A program made the translations under genes and the position numbers. From contig CALJRR010000032.1 in assembly GCA_937976315.1 (NCBI GenBank), positions 1-36,089 on the forward strand: a stretch of DNA of 36,089 nucleotides, in the 5' to 3' direction. Below are positions 1 through 10,200 of the stretch, one piece after another. The DNA comes from an uncultured Candidatus Saccharibacteria bacterium. Lineage in GTDB: Bacteria > Patescibacteriota > Saccharimonadia > Saccharimonadales > Saccharimonadaceae. Numbering within the stretch: the stretch's first letter is position 1; every line of letters begins with the position of its first letter. Below the pieces are notes generated by a model that did no database searches, was not told where the DNA came from, and worked only from the letters and a program-made list of their open reading frames with translations.

Positions 1-534
1 GGAGTAAAAATTACTGATCCTCATGTGAACTTGAACGCGTTGCGTCAAAATATTGGCATGGTTTTTCAGCAATTTAATCTGTTTCCGAATTTGAGCGTGA
101 TTGAAAATATTAAATTGGCTCCGAAAAAACTGCGTAAATTTTCAGATCAAAAAGCGACAAAATTGGCGCGAAGCTTATTGGACGATGTTGGACTATTGGA
201 TAAAGCGGACGCTTCGCCGAATAGTTTGTCTGGCGGTCAAAAACAGCGAGTAGCAATTGCGCGGGCGCTAGCGATGGAGCCGAAAATCATGCTTTTTGAT
301 GAGCCGACTTCAGCGCTAGATCCAGAGATGATTGGCGAAGTTCTGGACGTGATCAGGAAAGTTGCCAAAAAGGGAATGACGATGGTAATCGTTACGCACG
401 AAATGAAATTTGCCCGTGAAGTTGGGACGCGAATGATTTTCTTAGACAAGGGCGAGATTATCGAAAATGGCACGCCAGCTCAGGTAATGGATCACCCGAA
501 AACTGAACGTGCCAAAAAATTCTTCGCCAAATAG
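1..534 (+). CDS. Polar amino acid ABC transporter ATP-binding subunit (GlnQ family), 5'-truncated by window edge
   Basis: Frame open from position 1; [11 protein letters not shown]-loop, [15 protein letters not shown] signature, [13 protein letters not shown]alker B, VTHEM H-loop. Confidence 0.93.
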   Translation, partial: GVKITDPHVNLNALRQNIGMVFQQFNLFPNLSVIENIKLAPKKLRKFSDQKATKLARSLLDDVGLLDKADASPNSLSGGQKQRVAIARALAMEPKIMLFDEPTSALDPEMIGEVLDVIRKVAKKGMTMVIVTHEMKFAREVGTRMIFLDKGEIIENGTPAQVMDHPKTERAKKFFAK

Positions 535-548
535 CCCGAGTGACCTCG

Positions 549-1016
549 CTATAATTCGCTTAGAACTAGAACTTCTGTCAATTTATTAACCAGCTGGTCC
601 AGGTCAACCTCTGTCAAATAGCTTGGTAGAATCCGCGTCGTTTTTGGATCAACAAAGCCGCATTCCGCTACTTCCTCGACGCCGTGCGATGTTTGTTCCA
701 GGTCAATCTGCTGGTAATCTTGCCAGTTGGTGATGAGGAAGAAAAATTCCAATTGTTCATTCGGGCCGTGTGCTGATTGTTCGCCTGATTCGGCAAATTG
801 TTGTATAAATAACAACTTGCCAATTTCTGGTTTGACGCCAGTTTCTTCAATCATTTCTCGACGCAAGCCGTCCAGCAAGCCTTCGCCCATTTCTAAACCA
901 CCGCCCGGTGTACACCAAAAATCACTACCTTTACCGGTGTTTGCGGTTAATTTTTGGCAGAAAATTTCGCCCTTATTGTTGATGATAATTCCGCGTACGT
1001 TTACTCTTCGTCGCAT
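549..1016 (-). CDS. NUDIX hydrolase
   Basis: Nudix box GGGLEMGEGLLDGLRREMIEETG; start moved to ATG 1016 because AGGAGG lies at 1021-1026 on the minus strand. Confidence 0.9.
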   Translation of the reverse strand: MRRRVNVRGIIINNKGEIFCQKLTANTGKGSDFWCTPGGGLEMGEGLLDGLRREMIEETGVKPEIGKLLFIQQFAESGEQSAHGPNEQLEFFFLITNWQDYQQIDLEQTSHGVEEVAECGFVDPKTTRILPSYLTEVDLDQLVNKLTEVLVLSEL

Positions 1017-1081
1017 AAAACCTCCTTTGATTGCTAATAGCCAGAGGTTCAATTAAGCTGAACGTACGCCCAATAATTTCA

Positions 1082-1158
1082 TGGTCGGGGTGACTGGATT
1101 TGAACCAGCGACCTCACCGTCCCGAACGGTGCGCGCTACCGAGCTGCGCCACACCCCG
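1082..1158 (-). tRNA. tRNA-Pro(CGG)
   Basis: CGGGGTG/CACCCCG acceptor stem, anticodon arm CACCG-TTCGGGA-CGGTG, GGTTCAAATCC T-arm, encoded CCA. Confidence 0.97.
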
Positions 1159-1276
1159 ACGCTAAAAACAGTATAAAACTAACAGATATTTTTGTCCAAT
1201 TGTAATTATTAAAATGAAATCAACTAGTCCTAAAATGATATAATATAAGATGGACTTAGAGCGTAAAGGACTATAA

Positions 1277-3037
1277 ATGAAACATATTTTGCGAATTTTT
1301 AGAGACTATTGGCTGCTGTTTATTATCTTGATTGGATTCACGTATGGCGTTGTGATGGCGAATTTGTGGCTGCCGGATAAAATGTCGGAAATTGTCAATA
1401 ACGGCATTATTAAACAAGATATGTCGGCGATTTGGAATAATGGCTTGATGATGATTTTGGTGACGGCGGCTGGTGGGTTTTGTTCAATTGTCGTGGGTTT
1501 TTTGGCGGCGCGAATTGCTACGGGAATGGCGCAAAAATTGCGATTGAAATTGTTTGAACGAATAGAAAGTTTTTCTTTGGCGGACTTTAATAAGTTTTCT
1601 ACGGCGTCGCTTATTACTCGCTCAACGAATGATATTCAGCAGATTCAAACAACGTCAATAATGCTGCTGAGACTGGCGTTAATGGCACCGATTATGGCAA
1701 TTGGCGGTCTGCAAAAAGCCATGAATAATGCGCCAGACCTGAGCTGGATTATCGCTTTGGCGGTGTTTGTTTTGTTTGTGGTGATTGCTACGCTATTTAC
1801 GATTGCCGTGCCTAGGTTTAAGAAATTGCAGACTTTGGTGGATAAACTTAATTTGGTGGCGCGGGAAAATTTGGTTGGACTGAAAGTTATTCGTGCGTTC
1901 CATAACGAGAAGATTGAGCAGAAAAAATTCCAAAAAGCTAACGTGGAATTGAACAAGATGAATTTATTTGTGAACCGTTTGATGATGTTGCTTGATCCGA
2001 TTATGACTTTAGTGATGAACTTTTCGAGTGTGGCAATTGTGTGGTTTGGTGCGCATTTGATAAGTGGTGGCAATTTGCAAATTGGTAATATGATGGCGTT
2101 TTTGGAATACGCGATGCAGGTGATAATCTCGTTCTTGTTGCTGTCAATGGTGTTTATTATGGTGCCGCGAGCCGCCGTATCAGTGCGTCGAGTCGGGGAA
2201 GTGTTGGGTACTTTGCCGTCAATTACTGACCCGAAGTCGCCGAAAAAATTACCAAAAGATGCCAAGGGAAAAATTGAATTTAAGGACGTTACATTTACTT
2301 ATCCTGACGCGGATTTGCCAGTGTTATCTGATATTAATTTCACGGCTGAGTCTGGTCAGACAACGGCGTTTATTGGCAGCACTGGCTCGGGAAAGTCGAC
2401 GCTGATAAATTTGATTCCTCGTTTTTACGATGTCTCGGCGGGGCAGATTTTATTAGACGGCGTTGATATTAGAAATCTGAAATTGGAAGATTTGTCTGGT
2501 CAAATTGGTTACGTGCCACAAAAAGGTGTGCTGTTTAGTGGAACGGTTGCTAGTAATATCAAATACGGCAATACTGAGGCTAGTGATAAGTTGGTTGAAA
2601 AAGCGGCCAAAATTGCCCAAGCGGAAGAATTTATTAGCGAGTTAAAAAATGGTTATAAAAGTGAAATCGCTCAGGGCGGCAGCAATGTTTCTGGTGGTCA
2701 GCGTCAGCGTCTGTCGATTGCGAGGGCTATTGCGGTTAAGCCGAATGTTTACATTTTTGACGATTCGTTTTCGGCGCTTGACTTCAAGACGGACGCGAAG
2801 TTACGGGCTGTGCTTGCAAAGGAAACTAAGAATAAAACTGTGTTAATTGTCGGTCAGCGAATTAATACGATTATGAATGCAGATAAGATTATCGTGCTTA
2901 ATGAGGGAAAAATTGTTGGTCAGGGAACGCATCAGGAATTGATGAAAGATTGTGAAGTTTATCAAGAAATTGCCGCTTCGCAACTCTCGGAAGACGATTT
3001 GCAGAAAATGTCTATTGCTGCGAAAGGAGTGTCGTAA
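1277..3037 (+). CDS. Heterodimeric ABC exporter, subunit A (TMD+NBD, degenerate site)
   Basis: Hydrophobic N-terminal TMD; GSTGSGKS Walker A, VSGGQRQR; degenerate Walker B YIFDD and Q in H-loop (GQR), as in TM287-type subunits. Confidence 0.92.
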   Translation: MKHILRIFRDYWLLFIILIGFTYGVVMANLWLPDKMSEIVNNGIIKQDMSAIWNNGLMMILVTAAGGFCSIVVGFLAARIATGMAQKLRLKLFERIESFSLADFNKFSTASLITRSTNDIQQIQTTSIMLLRLALMAPIMAIGGLQKAMNNAPDLSWIIALAVFVLFVVIATLFTIAVPRFKKLQTLVDKLNLVARENLVGLKVIRAFHNEKIEQKKFQKANVELNKMNLFVNRLMMLLDPIMTLVMNFSSVAIVWFGAHLISGGNLQIGNMMAFLEYAMQVIISFLLLSMVFIMVPRAAVSVRRVGEVLGTLPSITDPKSPKKLPKDAKGKIEFKDVTFTYPDADLPVLSDINFTAESGQTTAFIGSTGSGKSTLINLIPRFYDVSAGQILLDGVDIRNLKLEDLSGQIGYVPQKGVLFSGTVASNIKYGNTEASDKLVEKAAKIAQAEEFISELKNGYKSEIAQGGSNVSGGQRQRLSIARAIAVKPNVYIFDDSFSALDFKTDAKLRAVLAKETKNKTVLIVGQRINTIMNADKIIVLNEGKIVGQGTHQELMKDCEVYQEIAASQLSEDDLQKMSIAAKGVS

Positions 3038-5031
3038 TGTCTAGGCAAACCACGAAAAAACGTCAGCAAGTACGAATGGGTGGCCCGATGGGCGGAATGG
3101 GCACTGGCGAAAAGGCTAAAGATTTCAAGGGAACGGTTAAGAAGCTAATTAAATATTTGTCGGATTTTCGATGGCAAATGTTGATGGTGTTGGTTTTTGC
3201 AATTGGGAGTACGATTTTTGCGATTGCCAGCCCGAAGATTTTAGGCGACGCGACGAATCAAATTGTTGATGATTATGCCAATATGAAAGCCTACGAGGCG
3301 ATCACTAGCAGATTGCCAAAAGGCGTTTCTTTACCGGCGGGAACTACTGGCGCGGATGTTTTGAGCCGATTGCCGAATAAGTCGGAGATTGAAAAACAGA
3401 TTCCGTCCAGTCAGCTTGAGTCGATTAAAAAGCTAGATCTTAGTCGGCGTCCAGAATTTCATTTTGACGCTATTTGGCGAATAATTATTTTGCTAGTTGG
3501 AATGTATGTGTTGAGTGCAATTTTTCGTTATATTCAAACGTGGATAATGACTCAGGTGACGCAAACCGTAACTTTCAGGATGCGACAACAATTGTCCGAA
3601 AAAATAAATCGCTTGCCGCTGAGTTATTTCGATAGGCAAACTTACGGCGAAGTTCTTAGTCGCATAACTAATGACGTCGATACGATTAGTCAAACGCTAA
3701 ATCAGAGTTTGTCGCAAATTATAACTTCAACGGTTACGGTGCTGGGAATTTTGGCGATGATGTTTTCGATTAGCTGGCAGATGTCGCTAGTTGCGCTACT
3801 GGTGCTTCCGCTGGCGGGTGGCGTGATTACGCTGATTGCAAAGAGCTCGCAAAAACAATTCTTACGCCAGCAAACGCAGCTTGGTGAACTCAACGGACAC
3901 ATTGAAGAAATGTATAGCGGACATCAAGTAATGCGCGTCTTTAATGGCCAGAAAAAATCGATTGCTAAGTTTTCTAAGATTAATAATCGGCTTCAGGAGA
4001 GCGCTTGGAAGGCTCAGTTCTTTTCTGGCTTGATTCACCCGATTATAAATTTTATCAGCAATATCGGCTACGTAGCCATGACAATTTTGGGCGGTTGGCT
4101 GGCGATTAATGGTCGGCTAAAAATCGGCGATATTCAGGCGTTTATTCAATACGTCGATCAGTTCAATCAGCCGCTGGTTCAGGTTGCTAATATTGCTAAT
4201 ATTTTGCAATCGACAGCTGCTGCCGCCGAGCGAGTATTCGAGTTTTTGGACGAGCCAGAAGAAGCGGTTGAATCGAATAACTTGGTGAAATTGTCTAACA
4301 TAAAAGGCGAAGTTGAATTTGATAATGTCGTCTTTGGATATAAGCCAGATCAAACAATCATCAAAGGTTTGTCGGCGCACATTAAACCAGGTCAGCGCGT
4401 AGCGATTGTCGGTCCAACTGGCGCCGGTAAAACGACGCTGGTTAATTTGTTGATGAGATTTTATGAGATTAATAGCGGTTCGATTAAAATTGACGGCGTG
4501 GATATTCGTAGAATGAAACGTAGCGATGTGCGTCAAATGTTTGGCATGGTGCTGCAGGATACGTGGCTGTTTAATGGCACGATTCGTCAGAATTTGATGT
4601 ATGGCAATCCAAAAGCTACCGAGGAAGAGATGATAAAAACCGCCAAAGAGGCGCATGTTGATCATTTTGTGCGGTCACTACCGGGCGGATATGATATGGT
4701 TCTTGGTGAGGAGGCTGCTAACATTTCCCAGGGAGAAAAGCAGCTGCTGACAATTGCCAGGGCGATGTTAGAGAAGGCGCCGATGCTGATTTTGGACGAG
4801 GCAACAAGCTCGGTTGATACGCGCACCGAAGTTCTTATCCAAAAAGCCATGGAGAAGTTGATGCAGGGAAAAACTAGTTTCGTCATTGCCCATCGGCTGA
4901 GCACCATTCGCGACGCTGATCTGATCTTGGTCGTCCGTGACGGCAACATCATCGAGCAAGGCAAGCACGACGAACTGCTGAAGCAGGGCGGCTTTTATGC
5001 TGAGCTTTATAATAGCCAGTTTGCTGAGTGA
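3037..5031 (+). CDS. Heterodimeric ABC exporter, subunit B (TMD+NBD, consensus site)
   Basis: TAATG stop/start overlap; GPTGAGKT, ISQGEKQ, LILDEATS, IAHRLS; hydrophilic insert between TM1 and TM2. Confidence 0.92.
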   Translation: MSRQTTKKRQQVRMGGPMGGMGTGEKAKDFKGTVKKLIKYLSDFRWQMLMVLVFAIGSTIFAIASPKILGDATNQIVDDYANMKAYEAITSRLPKGVSLPAGTTGADVLSRLPNKSEIEKQIPSSQLESIKKLDLSRRPEFHFDAIWRIIILLVGMYVLSAIFRYIQTWIMTQVTQTVTFRMRQQLSEKINRLPLSYFDRQTYGEVLSRITNDVDTISQTLNQSLSQIITSTVTVLGILAMMFSISWQMSLVALLVLPLAGGVITLIAKSSQKQFLRQQTQLGELNGHIEEMYSGHQVMRVFNGQKKSIAKFSKINNRLQESAWKAQFFSGLIHPIINFISNIGYVAMTILGGWLAINGRLKIGDIQAFIQYVDQFNQPLVQVANIANILQSTAAAAERVFEFLDEPEEAVESNNLVKLSNIKGEVEFDNVVFGYKPDQTIIKGLSAHIKPGQRVAIVGPTGAGKTTLVNLLMRFYEINSGSIKIDGVDIRRMKRSDVRQMFGMVLQDTWLFNGTIRQNLMYGNPKATEEEMIKTAKEAHVDHFVRSLPGGYDMVLGEEAANISQGEKQLLTIARAMLEKAPMLILDEATSSVDTRTEVLIQKAMEKLMQGKTSFVIAHRLSTIRDADLILVVRDGNIIEQGKHDELLKQGGFYAELYNSQFAE

Positions 5032-5206
5032 TTGGTGTTGATTGTGGCTGATAGGTTCGCTTTTGTCCGGCGAGCTCTTAATAACGTAACTGGGGTTGAA
5101 TATAAGGAATAACCGATAATATATGGTGATATAATTCTATTAGTAGCTATAGGATAATTTGGGCGATTTATTATAAGAACAAGACTAGGGTACTATAGGA
5201 AAAATC

Positions 5207-6832
5207 ATGAAAAAAAGACCAAAACAACATGAAATAGGAGACGATGGTGTAACTCTATTTCAGGAGGCTCTTCGCAAGGCTAACAAGAACTCTAAATTAA
5301 CCGCAACGTTTAATGAGCAAATCAAGAATGATTATGGGGTCGACGGTGAGTTGCAGTTTTTTGAAGACGGAAGACATACCTGTAATGTATTTAAGGTACA
5401 AATAAAGTCCACGAAGTCGTTAAAGATTATCCATAATAACACGCAGATTAGTTTCAAATTAGACAATGATGAAATTAAGTTTTTATACGAATTAAACGTC
5501 CCCTCAGCTCTAATTGTTTGTAATACTACTGACGAGAAAGTGTTTTGGCATCCTATTTTACGTGACAAAACGTTTATAAAAGCAGCGGAGACCACTGGCG
5601 AGCAAAAAAAGACTACAACGCTTCATCTTTCTCTTGAAAATAAAATTATGGATGGAAGCCTGCAGAGTTTTTATAAATATTTTACAGACATGCAAAATGA
5701 AGGTCTTTTGCGTAAAAGTAGTCTCAATACTATGAGTCGCTCTATGGAGTTGATGAAGGCGCCTGGTCTTGATTTAACTACACGAGACAAAGAAAGTCCC
5801 CTCAGTCCTAACGCTATAATGTCTATAGAGACAGAGCGATATGCTTACGACTATTGTACAAATAAAAAATATGGAGAAGATGGGTTACTCTCAGCAAAAA
5901 CAAAACTTAAATTTGATACAAAATCAAAATCTCAGGTAAAGACGTATCAAAAATTGCAGAATATATTAGAAGGCAATATTGGCGAAGTATACATACCTGC
6001 TAAGAATATAGTATCTACCCACGCATACACAGGAATACCGATATGGGATAAAAGTTTTTCCGAGCTTAAACTTGTTGGTCTATCGATCTCAAATAAACCG
6101 ATAAAGAGATCGGTTAATATTTTTCTTAGTAATAAGAGATCCAAATTCATCATAAAGGCTGAAGAATATTTTAGTAATGGGATTGTTTATATAAATTCTA
6201 TTGATGCCAAAAAGCAGCCGTTTCGCTTTACGGCTGAGCTAAATATAGAAAGTGCCAATGCTCAATCTAAAATGCACATTGGCTTAAACTATAACTTTTT
6301 CAAAAACTATGAAAGCATAATCCGCTATCTTGATTTTTTGTTAATGAACGATAGTATTACATTCGGTGGGTTTGCTCCAGATACAGGTGAGGAAATGAAG
6401 ATAGCAACAATAAGTCTACCACAAAACGTTGAAGATGGTCTAGAATACATGTATCATATTTGCCGTAGTTTTGTTGATATTCAAGAAAAGTATAATCTGG
6501 TCATACCATATAAAGAACTTAATACAATACAGGCGAAAGACGAGTACGAAATTAACAAAGTTATAAAACTGTTTGAGCTTGAGAGTGTACCTATTGACCG
6601 TGATATAACATTGACCATTACAATGAAAGAAGGCGCAAACATAGACAGACTGGTTGAAGGGTACCAGTTTAGGACATTAGTAGATGTTTGCATACCTTTG
6701 TTCGGTACAATATTATACACAGATAAGTTGAGGCAGGATATCAGTGGAGTTGTCTCTAAGATTACTAAACAAGGAGGGGGCCAATACAAAATTTTAGCAA
6801 AAGATGTCTCAATGAGACTTAAGAAAATTTAG
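5207..6832 (+). CDS. DUF4365-like protein (N-terminal PD-(D/E)XK nuclease-fold domain, uncharacterised C-terminal region)
   Basis: DYGVDGELQFF...FKVQIKST...PSALIV...KVFW pattern typical of DUF4365; 541-aa AT-rich ORF with AGGA upstream. Confidence 0.7.
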   Translation: MKKRPKQHEIGDDGVTLFQEALRKANKNSKLTATFNEQIKNDYGVDGELQFFEDGRHTCNVFKVQIKSTKSLKIIHNNTQISFKLDNDEIKFLYELNVPSALIVCNTTDEKVFWHPILRDKTFIKAAETTGEQKKTTTLHLSLENKIMDGSLQSFYKYFTDMQNEGLLRKSSLNTMSRSMELMKAPGLDLTTRDKESPLSPNAIMSIETERYAYDYCTNKKYGEDGLLSAKTKLKFDTKSKSQVKTYQKLQNILEGNIGEVYIPAKNIVSTHAYTGIPIWDKSFSELKLVGLSISNKPIKRSVNIFLSNKRSKFIIKAEEYFSNGIVYINSIDAKKQPFRFTAELNIESANAQSKMHIGLNYNFFKNYESIIRYLDFLLMNDSITFGGFAPDTGEEMKIATISLPQNVEDGLEYMYHICRSFVDIQEKYNLVIPYKELNTIQAKDEYEINKVIKLFELESVPIDRDITLTITMKEGANIDRLVEGYQFRTLVDVCIPLFGTILYTDKLRQDISGVVSKITKQGGGQYKILAKDVSMRLKKI

Positions 6833-6976
6833 TTAACTATTTTACTGTGCTGGGTGTGTTAATCATAGGAATCAAAAGCAAGCTTACAGAATATAATTAA
6901 GTATGACGTTGTATCTGTATAATTGTTTAATATCCACCATGTCTCTACTGGATAGGATATTCGCAGAATAACTAAA

Positions 6977-7441
6977 TCATGAGTTCCGCCGCAAAATATC
7001 CAACACGCCAAACTTCCCGGTCAGCACGGCTTGGCTAATGATGTGCGGCGTGAGGGCGGCGATGAGTTCTTTTGGTTTGGTGCCGCTTGGTAAATCCAGT
7101 GTCGTGTCCAGCGCGTACACGTAAAATTGATAGCGGTGCGTGCCAAATGGCGGCTGCAGCCCGCCCCAGCCAGGAAGGCCCCGGCTGGTAATCCCCTCGA
7201 CGGCATCCGCGGGTAGTGACTCGCCAGTTATTTCAGTGGTTTTGCTTGGTAAATTCCAAACCGTCCAATGGTAAAATCCATCGCGCCCAGGCGCATCGGG
7301 GTCGTGGCAAATGATCACCAGGCTTTTGGTATTTGCTGGCACGTCGCTGATTTCGAGTGGCGGGCGTTGGTTGCCGCCAAGCTTGGCGTAAATTTTTGGT
7401 ATTTTAGCGTTTTCGGCGAACGCAGGGCTAGCAATTTTCAT
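6977..7441 (-). CDS. YbhB/YbcL family (PEBP/Raf kinase inhibitor-like) protein
   Basis: MKIASPAF start, HDPDAP, FYHWTVWNLP, PP.GTHRYQFYVYALD motifs. Confidence 0.9.
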   Translation of the reverse strand: MKIASPAFAENAKIPKIYAKLGGNQRPPLEISDVPANTKSLVIICHDPDAPGRDGFYHWTVWNLPSKTTEITGESLPADAVEGITSRGLPGWGGLQPPFGTHRYQFYVYALDTTLDLPSGTKPKELIAALTPHIISQAVLTGKFGVLDILRRNS

Positions 7442-7450
7442 ACTATGATT

Positions 7451-8184
7451 TTAGCATAGTGATATTTTTGTAGCTTTTGGCGTGTGCAAATCGAAATCAA
7501 TATCAGTTTTCTGGACAATTTCATAATAAGGCGGAATTGATGGGTTTTTCGGAAGTTCAATTATTTTTCCGTCATTAAATAATTGTCCTTGTCTGTAAAC
7601 ATTGTGAATAAACGGTACATTTGGTTTTGTTTTTCTCAGGCGATATAACGCTGATTCATGACGTATTTCACCATTTTTAATGACTTTAGGTTGCGTGTGC
7701 CATTGCCCATAATACATAATGTCGGTAGAGAATTGTCGATTTTGAGAATGTTTTTAGCTAGCTGCTCTTCTCGTTCTTGCGGGCTTGATGGTATGATGGC
7801 ATCCTCATCTAAATTGTCAAAAAATGTATCAATAAAAATAAGTTCTTTAAGCTGGTTTTGTTGTAAAAGAATTGCTATCGTCTTTATCATTTCAAGAGAT
7901 AAAATGCTCGAATCAAAAAGGTCTTCATCAACTAAGGAAAAATCGTAAGAGCCGGTCTTTACTGAATTGATGAAGTTGGATACGGCGGGGCTGGCCTCAA
8001 TAGCTAATCGTTTTACGCCAAGTTTTATAACTAGAGTGTAGATAATATCGGCATTTTCTTTTATGCCGTGAATTTCGCCATATACAATTATGTTTGATTT
8101 TCGCAATGTGGATTGAAACAGATTTAACCATCTTATGTCTAGTTGTTTCGGTAAAAATGTTTTGATAATATCGTGATTATTCAT
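7451..8184 (-). pseudogene. Frameshifted EreA/ChaN/TraB-superfamily-like protein (ORFs 7636-8184 and 7451-7717 joined)
   Basis: YGEIHG, LAIEAS, REEQLAKNI in the first ORF; one added base near 7700-7710 gives LCIMG(N/Q)WHTQP, restoring a GxxH motif and continuing into the second ORF. Confidence 0.6.
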
Positions 8185-8281
8185 AGGTGCTAATTGATAG
8201 TTTACTTCATAAAACCGTAAATATATAGAGCCGCGTCGTTGATAATTTGTCGATATTTGGCGAACTATTTATAATTAAGTC

Positions 8282-8914
8282 ATGAATATCACAGACCAAC
8301 TCCTCACTAAATACCCGATCATTTCTGACCAAGTCGACATAAAAGAACTTGGTGCGCTTTTAAGAGAGTTGGAAAAAACTTTACGCCGTGGCGCCACTGG
8401 AGATATTGTGGAGTTTGGCTGTTATGTTGGCACGACTAGTTTGTTTATTCGCCGACTATTGAATGCTTATGATTTTACGGGTGAGTTTCACGTTTACGAT
8501 TCGTTTGCGGGATTGCCAGAAAAAACCCAGAAGGATAATAGCACTGCGGGTGATCAATTTAAGGCTGGCGAGTTGTTAGCGCCGCGTAAGACATTTGTCC
8601 AGAATTTTAAGAAAGCGGGGCTGAAGCCGCCGATTATTCATAAAGGCTGGTTTTCCGATTTTACTTCTGATGACGTGCCGGAAAATATTATGTTTGCGTT
8701 TTTTGATGGCGATTTTTATGAGTCAATTGTCGATTCTTTTCGGGTTTGTGAAAGTAAGTTTAATGAAGACGTGATAATTGTTATTGATGATTATGCGAAT
8801 GAAGCTCTGCCAGGCGCTGCAAAAGCCACTGATGAATGGCTGAAGGTTAATCGACAATTCACGGTCAGGACTGAAGCTAGCTTGGCAATCATCTCCTCTT
8901 GCCCAAAAACATAA
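8282..8914 (+). CDS. TylF/MycF family O-methyltransferase
   Basis: GDIVEFGCYVG, YDSFAGLP, HKGWFSD, FFDGDFYES, VIDDY motifs. Confidence 0.88.
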   Translation: MNITDQLLTKYPIISDQVDIKELGALLRELEKTLRRGATGDIVEFGCYVGTTSLFIRRLLNAYDFTGEFHVYDSFAGLPEKTQKDNSTAGDQFKAGELLAPRKTFVQNFKKAGLKPPIIHKGWFSDFTSDDVPENIMFAFFDGDFYESIVDSFRVCESKFNEDVIIVIDDYANEALPGAAKATDEWLKVNRQFTVRTEASLAIISSCPKT

Positions 8915-8926
8915 ACGTGTTACAAT
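8899..8926 (+). promoter_or_regulatory. Probable sigma70 promoter of the arc operon
   Basis: TTGCCC-16 bp-TACAAT with extended TGn; GGAGG at 8951-8955. Confidence 0.5.
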
Positions 8927-8961
8927 TAAAACATCACTAATATAAACAGGGGAGGGTTGTG

Positions 8962-10200
8962 ATGAACGAACCAATTCACATCACGTCTGAAATAGGAAAA
9001 CTTAAGACCGTTCTATTGCATCGGCCAGGTGAAGAGCTGGAAAATTTGACGCCAGACTATCTGACCGATCTTTTATTTGACGATATTCCATATCTGAAAG
9101 TGGCGCAGGCTGAACACGATGCTTTTGCGGAAGCATTGAGAAGTCGTGGAATCGAAGTTTTGTATCTGGATCAATTGGTCGCCGAGGCAATTAGCACGGA
9201 TCAATTGCGCGAACAGTTTGTCGATGAAATGTTGGCTGCTTCTAAGCAGGATTCACGCCGTGTTACTCAAACATTGCGCCAATTCTTGTTGGACTTGCCA
9301 ACTCACGCTATGATCCGCAAGATTATGGCTGGTGTTCGCAAGGATGAAATTACTTTGCCTCCAGATCAGCATCAGCAACTTCATAATATGATCGAGAAAA
9401 ATCATTATCCGTTCTATCTCGATCCAATGCCAAACCTATACTTTACACGCGACCCAGCTGCCGCAATTGGTAACGGTTTGACAATCAATAAGATGCACTG
9501 GACGGCTCGTCGTCGTGAATCGCTATTTATGCGCTACATCATCGACCATCATCCACGCTTTGCTAATCGTGCGCCAGTTTGGTACAACCGCACAGAGAAA
9601 TTCTCAATGGAAGGCGGTGACGAATTAGTATTAAGCGATAAGGTTATGGCAATTGGTGTTTCAGAACGAACAACTGCTGAGGCAATTGAAAAGATGGCAA
9701 CCAAGCTGTTTGCTGGCTCGAAATTCGAGAAAGTCATCGCTATGGAGATTCCAAAATCTCACGCCTTTATGCACCTAGACACCGTGTTTACGATGATTGA
9801 TCGTGATAAGTTTACGATTCACCCAGAAATTCGCGACCACGGCGGCAGGATGAATTGTTTTATTTTGGAGAAGGTTGAAGGTCAGCCATTCCCACGAATT
9901 ACACACGAAACAGACCTGGAACACGTCTTGAGAGTTGCGCTGGGCTTGCCGACTGTTACATTGATTGAGTGTGGCGGTGGTGATCCGATTGCTGCTGCTC
10001 GTGAGCAGTGGAATGACGGTTCAAACACTTTGGCGATTGCGCCGGGTGTTGTGGTGACTTATGATCGCAACTACGTAACTAACCAGAAATTGCGCGAAAA
10101 CGGTATCGAAGTTATCGAAATTAGTGGCGCTGAGCTTGGACGCGGCCGTGGCGGTCCACGCTGTATGAGTATGCCGCTAGTACGAGAGGATGTATTCTAA
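8962..10200 (+). CDS. arcA: Arginine deiminase
   Basis: [48 protein letters not shown] catalytic motifs. Confidence 0.98.
   Translation: MNEPIHITSEIGKLKTVLLHRPGEELENLTPDYLTDLLFDDIPYLKVAQAEHDAFAEALRSRGIEVLYLDQLVAEAISTDQLREQFVDEMLAASKQDSRRVTQTLRQFLLDLPTHAMIRKIMAGVRKDEITLPPDQHQQLHNMIEKNHYPFYLDPMPNLYFTRDPAAAIGNGLTINKMHWTARRRESLFMRYIIDHHPRFANRAPVWYNRTEKFSMEGGDELVLSDKVMAIGVSERTTAEAIEKMATKLFAGSKFEKVIAMEIPKSHAFMHLDTVFTMIDRDKFTIHPEIRDHGGRMNCFILEKVEGQPFPRITHETDLEHVLRVALGLPTVTLIECGGGDPIAAAREQWNDGSNTLAIAPGVVVTYDRNYVTNQKLRENGIEVIEISGAELGRGRGGPRCMSMPLVREDVF

Noticed and set aside
5048..6964. Possible target duplication around the DUF4365 gene (GATAGGTTCGC versus GATAGGATATTCGC)
   Set aside because: Imperfect, short, and no transposase or integrase nearby
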